From Eledone cirrhosa (Eukaryota): a stretch of 64,000 bases of DNA. The position numbers and the translations under genes are program-made. Below the pieces are notes generated by a model. The model searched no databases and was not told the origin of the DNA. It saw only the letters and a program-made list of their open reading frames with translations. Below are positions 57,301 through 64,000 of the stretch, in pieces. The DNA is taken from positions 23,250,001-23,314,000 of the forward strand of contig OZ024753.1 of assembly GCA_964016885.1 (NCBI GenBank), in the 5' to 3' direction. Numbering within the stretch: the first letter of the stretch is position 1; each line of letters begins with the position of its first letter.

Positions 57301-59050
57301 TTCAATGACAATGTCAAAACCTATCTTTCAATGACAGTCAAATCCCACTCTTTGAATGACAGTGTCAAAACCCACTCTTTCAATTACAGTCAAAACCCAC
57401 TCTTTCAATGACAATCTCAACACCCACTATTTCAATGACAATGTCAATACCTACTCTTTCAATGTCAGTCAAACCCACTATTTCAATGACAGTCAAAACA
57501 CACTCTTTCAATGACAGTCAAAACCCACTCTTTCAATGACAGTCAAAAACCCACTCTTTCAATGACAGCTAACACCCACTCTTTCATTGACAATGTCAAA
57601 ACCCACTCTTTCAATGGCAATGTCAAAACCTACTCTTTCAATGACAGCCAAACCCACTCTTTCAATGTCAGTCAAAACCAACTCTTTCAATGACAGCCAA
57701 AACCTACTCTTTCAATGACAATGTCAAAACCCACTCTTTCAATGACAGTCAAAACCCAGTCTTCCAATGACAGTCAAAACCTACTCTTTCAATGACAGTC
57801 AAAACCCCTTCTTTCAATGACAGTCAAAACCCACTCTTTCAATGTCAGGCAAAACCTACTCTTTCAATGACAGTCAAATCCCACTCTTTCAATCACAGTC
57901 TCATAACCCACTCTTTCAATGACAGTCAAAACCCACTATTTCAAAGATAATGTCAAACCTACTCTTTCAATGAATGTCAAAACCCACTCTTTCAATGACA
58001 ATGTCAAAACCTACTCTTTCAATGACAGTCAAAACCCACTCTTTCAATGACAATCAAAACCCACTCTTTCAATGAGAGGCTAAACCCACTCATTCAATGA
58101 CAATGTCAAAACCTATCTTTCAATGACAATCAAATCCCACTCTTTGAATGACAGTGTCAAAACCCACTCTTTCAATTACAGTCAAAACCCACTCTTTCAA
58201 TGACAATGTCAATACCCACTCTTTCAATGACAGTGTCAAAACCTACTCTTTCAATAATTCAATGACAGTGAAAACCCACTCTTTCAATGACAGTCAAAAA
58301 CCCACTCTTTCAATGACAGCTAACACCCACTCTTTCATTGACAATGTCAAAACACACTCTTTCAATGACAGTCAAAACCTACTCTTTCAATGACAGCCAA
58401 ACCCACTCTTTCAATGACAGTCAAAACCCACTCTTTCAATGACAATGTCAAAACCTACTCTTTCAATGACAATGTCAAAACCCACTCTTTCAATGATAGT
58501 CAAAACCCACTCTTTCAATGACAATAAAAACCCACTCTTTAAATGACAGTCAAAACCTACTCTTTCAATGACAGTCAAAACCTACTCTTTCAATGACAAT
58601 GTCAAAACCCACTCTTTCAATGACAGTCAAAACCCACTTTTCCAATGACAGTCAAAACCTACTCTTTCAATGACAATGTCAAAACCCATTCTTTCAATGA
58701 CAGTCAAAACCCACTCTTTCAATGACAGTCAAAACCCACTCTTTCAATGACAATGTCAAAACCCACTCTTTCAATGACAGTCAAAACCCACTCTTTCAAT
58801 GACAGTGTCAAAACCCACTCTTTCAATGACAATGTCAAAACCTACTCCTTCAATGACAGCCAAAATCTACTCTTTCAATGACAGTGTCAAAACCCACTCT
58901 TTCAATGACAGTCAAAACACAATCTTTCAATGAGAATCAAAACCCACTCTTTAAATGACAGTCAAAACCTACTCTTTCAATGACAGCCAAAACCTACTCT
59001 TTCAATGACAGTTAAAACCCACTCTTCCAATGACAGTCAAAACCTACTCT
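39400..59050 (+). repeat. Higher-order domain D: four near-identical copies of a ~4.5-kb unit (periods 4903, 4160, 4545/4599 bp) preceded by a 1282-bp duplication
   Basis: ORF series 41897/46800/50960/55505, 43849/48752/52912/57511 and 44486/49389/53549/58148. Private markers cccagtcttcc, ttcaaagataatg, gagaggctaaa, aatggcaatg and caataattcaatg. Confidence 0.94.
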
Positions 59051-62000
59051 TTCAATGACAGTCAAAACCCACTCTTTCAATCACAGTGTCATAACCCACT
59101 CTTACAATGACAGTCAAAACCCACTATTTCAATGATAATGTCAAACCTACTCTTTCAATGAATGTCAAAACCCACTCTTTCAATGACAATGTCAAAACCT
59201 ACTCTTTCAACGACAGTCAAAATCCACTCTTTCAATGACAATCAAAACCCACTATTTCAATGACAGTCAAAACCCACTCTTTTAATGAGAGTCAAAACCC
59301 ACTCTTTCAATGACAGTCAAAACCCACTCTTTCAATGACAATGTTAAAACCCACTCTTTCAATGACAATCAAAACCCACTCTTTCAATGAAAATGTCAAA
59401 ACCCACTCTTTCAATGACAATGTCAAACCCTACTCCTTCAATGACAGACAAAATCTACTCTTTCAATGACAATGTCAACACCCACTCTTTCAATGACAGT
59501 CAAAACACACTTCAATGACAATAAAAACCCACTCTTTAAATGACAGTGAAAATCTACTCTTTCAATGACAGTCAAAACCCACTCTTCCAATGACAGTGAA
59601 AACCTACTCTTTCAATGACAGTCAAAACCCATTCTTTCAATGACAGTCAAAACCCACTCTTTCAATGTCAGGCAAAACCTACTCTTTCAATGAGAGTCAA
59701 ATCCCACTCTTTCAATCACAGTGTCATAACCCACTCTTTCAATGACAGTCAAAACCCACTATTTCAATGATAATGTCAAACCTACTCTTTCAATGAATGT
59801 CAAAACCCACTCTTTCAATGACAATTTCAAAACCTACTCTTTCAATGACAGTCAAAACCCACTCTTTCAATGACAATCAAAACCCACTCTTTCAATGACA
59901 ATGTCAAAACCTATCTTTCAATGACAGTCAAATCCCACTCTTTGAATGACAGTGTCAAAACCCACTCTTTCAATTACAGTCAAAACCCACTCTTTCAATG
60001 ACAATGTCAACACCCACTATTTCAATGACAATGTCAAAACCTACTCTTTCAATGTCAGTCAAACCCACTATTTCAATGACAGTCAAAACACACTATTTCA
60101 ATGACAGTCAAAACCCACTCTTTCAATGACAGTCAAAAACCCACTCTTTCAATGACAGCTAACACCCACTCTTTCATTGACAATGTCAAAACCCACTCTT
60201 TCAATGACAATGTCAAAACCTACTCTTTCAATGACAGCCAAACCCACTCTTTCAATGTCAGTCAAAACCAACTCTTTCAATGACAATGTCAAAACCTACT
60301 CTTTCAATGACAGCCAAAACCTACTCTTTCGATGACAAGGTCAAAACCCACTCTTTCAATGACAGTCAAACCCACTCTTTCAATGACAATATAAACCAAC
60401 TCATTAAATGACAGTCAAAACCTACTCTTTCAATGAATATGTCAAAACCCACTCTTTCAATGACAGTCAAAACCCACTTTTCCAATGACAATCAAAACCT
60501 ACTCTTTCAATGACAATGTCAAAACCCATTCTTTCAATGACAGTCAAAACCCACTCTTTCAATGACAGTCAAAACCCACTCTTTCAATGACAATGTCAAA
60601 ACCCACTCTTTAATTGACAGTCAAAACCCACTCTTTCAATGACAATGTCAAAACCCACTCTTTCAATGACAATGTCAAAACCTACTCCTTCAATGACAGC
60701 CAGAATCTACTCTTTCAATGACAATGTCAAAACCCACTCTTTCAATGACAGTCAAAACACACTCTTTCAATGACAGTCAAAACCTACTCTTTCAATGACA
60801 GTCAAAACCCATTCTTTCAATGACAGTCAAAACCCACTCTTTCAATGTCAGGCAAAACCTACTCTTTCAATGACAGTCAAATCCCACTCTTTCAATCACA
60901 GTGTCATAACCCACTCTTTCAATGACAGTCAAAACCCACTATTTCAATGATAATGTAAAACCTACTCTTTCAATGAGAGGCAAAACCCACTCTTTCAATG
61001 ACAATGTCAAAACCTATCTTTCAATGACAGTCAAATCCCACTCTTTCAATGATAATGTCAAACCTACTCTTTCAATGAATGTCAAAACCCACTCTTTCAA
61101 TGACAATGTCAAAACCTACTCTTTCAATGACAGCCAAAACCTACTCATTCAATGACAATGTCAAAACCCACTCTTTCAATGACAATAAAAACCCACTCTT
61201 TAAATGACACTCAAAACCTACTCTTTCAATGACAGTCAAAACCTACTCTTTCAATGACAATGTCAAAACCCACTCTTTCAATGACAGTCAAAACCCACTT
61301 TTCCAATGACAGTCAAAACCTACTCATTCAATGAAAATGTCAAAACCCACTCTTTCAATGACGGCCAAAACCTACTCTTTCAATGACAATGTCAAAACCC
61401 ACTCTTTCAATGACAATAAAAACCCACTCTTTAAATGACACTCAAAACCTACTCTTTCAATGACAGTCAAAACCTACTCTTTCAATGACAATGTCACAAC
61501 CTACTCTTTCAATGACAGCCAAAACCTACTCTTTCGATGACAAGGTCAAAACCCACTCTTTCAATGACAGTCAAAACCCACTCTTTCAATGACAATAAAA
61601 ACCAACTCTTTAAAAGACAGTCAAAACCTACTCTTTCAATGAATATGTCAAAACCCACTCTTTCAATGACAGTCAAAACCCACTTTTCCAATGACAGTCA
61701 AAACCTACTCTTTCAATGACAATGTCAAAACCCATTCTTTCAATGACAGTCAAAACCCACTCTTTCAATGACAGTCAAAACCCACTCTTTCAATGACAAT
61801 GTCAAAACCCACTCTTTAATTGACAGTCAAAACCCACTCATTCAATGACAATGTCAAAACCCACTCTTTCATTGATAATGTCAAAACCTACTCCTTCAAT
61901 GACAGCCAGAATCTACTCTTTCAATGACAATGTCAAAACCCACTCTTTCAATGACAGTCAAAACACACTCTTTCAATGACAATCAAAACCCACTCTTTAA

Positions 62001-64000
62001 ATGACAGTCAAAACCTACTCTTTCAATGACAGTCAAAACCCACTCTTCCAATGACAGTCAAAACCTACTCTTTCAATGACAGTCAAAACCCATTCTTTCA
62101 ATGACAGTCAAAACCCACTCTTTCAATGTCAGGCAAAACCTACTCTTTCAATGACAGTCAAATCCCACTCTTTCAATCACAGTGTCATAACCCACTCTTT
62201 CAATGACAGTCAAAACCCACTATTTCAATGATAATGTCAAACCTACTCTTTCAATGAATGTCAAAACCCACTCTTTCAATGACAATGTCAAAACCTACTC
62301 TTTCAATGACAGTCAAAACCCACTCTTTCAATGACAATCAAAACCCACTCTTTCAATGAGAGGCAAAACCCACTCTTTCAATGACAATGTCAAAACCTAT
62401 CTTTCAATGACAGTCAAATCCCACTCTTTGAATGACAGTGTCAAAACCCACTCTTTCAATTATAGTCAAAACCCACTCATTCAAGGACAATGTCAACACC
62501 CACTATTTCAATGACAATGTCAAAACCTACTCTTTCAATGACAGCCAAAACCTACTCTTTCGATGACAATGTCAAAACCCACTCTTTCAATGACAGTCAA
62601 AACACACTCTTTCAATGACAATAAAAACCCACTCTTTAAATGACAGTCAAAACCTACTCTTTCAACGACAATGTCAAAACCCACTCTTTCAATGACAGTC
62701 AAAATCCACTCTTTAAATGACAGTCAAAACCCACTCTTTCAATGACAATGTCAAAACCCACTCTTTCAATGACAGTCAAAACCCACTCTTTCAATGACAA
62801 TGTCAAAACCCACTCTTTCAATGACAATGTCAAAACCCACTCTTTCAATGACAATCAAAACCCACTCTTTAAATGACAGTCAAAACCCATTCTTTCAATG
62901 ACAGTCAAAACCCACTCTTTCAATGTCAGGCAAAACCTACTCTTTCAATGACAGTCAAATCCCACTCTTTCAATCACAGTGTCATAACCCACTCTTTCAA
63001 TGACAGTGAAAACCCACTATTTCAATGATAATGTCAAACCTTCTCTTTCAATGAATGTCAAAACCCACTCTTTCAATGACAATATCAAAGCCTACTCTTT
63101 CTATGACAGTCAAAACCCACTCTTTCAATGACAATCAAAACCAACTCTTTCAATGAGAGGCAAAACCCACTCTTTCAATGACAATGTCAAAACCTATCTT
63201 TCAATGACAGTCAAATCCCACTCTTTGAATGACAGTGTCAAAACCCACTCTTTCAATTACAGTCAACACCCACTCTTTCAATGACAATGTCAACACCCAC
63301 TATTTCAATGACAATGTCAAAACCTACTCTTTTAATGTCAGTCAAACCCACTATTTCAATGACAGTCAAAACACACTCTTTCAATGACAGTCAAAACCCA
63401 CTCTTTCAATGACAATGTTAAAACCCACTCTTTCAATGACAGTGTCAAAACCTACTCTTTCAATGACAGCTAAAACCTACTCTTTCAATGACAATGTCAA
63501 AACCCACTCTTTCAATGACAGTCAAAACCCACTCTTTCAATGACAATAAAAACCCACTCTTTAAATGACAGTCAAAACCTACTCTTTCAATGACAGTCAA
63601 AACCTACTCTTTCAATGACAATGTCAAAACCCACTATTTCAATGACAGTCAAAACCCACTTTTCCAATGACAGTCAAAACCTACTCTTTCAATGACGTTG
63701 TCAAAACCCATTCTTTCAATGACAGTCAAAACCTACTCTTTCAATGACAGCCAAAACCTACTCTTTCAATGACAATGTCAAAACCCTCTCTTTCAATGAC
63801 AATGTCAAAACCTACTCCTTCAATGACAGCCAAAATCTACTCCTTCAATGACAATGTCAAAACCCACTCTTTCAATGACTGTCAAAACACAATCTTTCAA
63901 TGAGAATCAAAACCCACTCTTTAAATGACAGTCAAAACCTACTCTTTCAATGTCAGTCAAACCCACTATTTCAATGACAGTCAAAACACACTCTTTCAAT

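Larger units (their letters stand above)
1131..64000 (+). repeat. Large tandem satellite array of mixed 25-bp and 27-bp monomers, single orientation, continuing past the window end
   Basis: Consensus CAATGACAGTCAAAACCCACTCTTT (25 bp; 9A, 8C, 6T, 2G; no CpG) and CAATGACAATGTCAAAACCCACTCTTT (27 bp), with a common CCC/CCT dimorphism. Repeats are contiguous and I saw no unique spacer, inversion or foreign insertion. Confidence 0.99.

Noticed and set aside
2655-61719. Dozens of 60-81 aa ORFs (MTVKTHSFND..., ...IERVGFD...) as a repetitive protein family
   Set aside because: Consensus monomers carry an overlapping ATGA start/stop and 25-bp units shift frame. ORFs barely exceed the length cutoff, occur on both strands and recur only because the DNA is duplicated. 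They were used only as period markers.
1131-64000. CRISPR array (short palindromic direct repeats of 25-27 bp)
   Set aside because: Repeats are contiguous with no unique spacers, leader or cas genes, and the context is eukaryotic and microsatellite-rich.
1131-64000. Telomeric repeat or G-quadruplex array (AAAACCC / TAACCC words)
   Set aside because: There is only one CCC per 25-27 bp, often CCT, and no tandem telomere hexamers. The C-rich + strand is the wrong polarity for a telomere to the right, and loops of ~22 nt disfavour G4.
1131-64000. Recombination-site cassette array (integron attC-like) or plasmid iterons
   Set aside because: No cassettes lie between the sites, no recombinase or rep gene is present, and the scale and context fit satellite DNA.

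Overview
Non-coding eukaryotic DNA with no supportable protein-coding or RNA gene. Bases 1-~1130 are an AT-rich flank with microsatellites ((TTA)n, (TA)n, (TATG)n-like, (CA)n) and a decayed ~200-bp interspersed-repeat-like segment. From memory only, that segment resembles an abundant octopus repeat, so the host is possibly a cephalopod (unverified). From ~1131 to the window end (>62.8 kb, roughly 2,400 monomers by length/average unit) is one uninterrupted head-to-tail satellite array. It mixes a 25-bp monomer (CAATGACAGTCAAAACCYACTCTTT) and a 27-bp monomer (CAATGACAATGTCAAAACCYACTCTTT), each centred on a short perfect palindrome (TGAC-A-GTCA or TGACA-A-TGTCA). Rare variant monomers act as markers and show a hierarchy: monomer, a ~1.3-kb (~50-monomer) basal higher-order repeat, locally homogenised super-repeats (3.3-4.3, 1.88, 2.1 and 4.2-4.9 kb), and long-range paralogy at ~23, ~25 and ~37 kb offsets. 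This resembles higher-order, possibly centromeric or pericentromeric, satellite DNA, but function cannot be shown from sequence. All ORFs in the supplied track are translation artefacts of the repeats.
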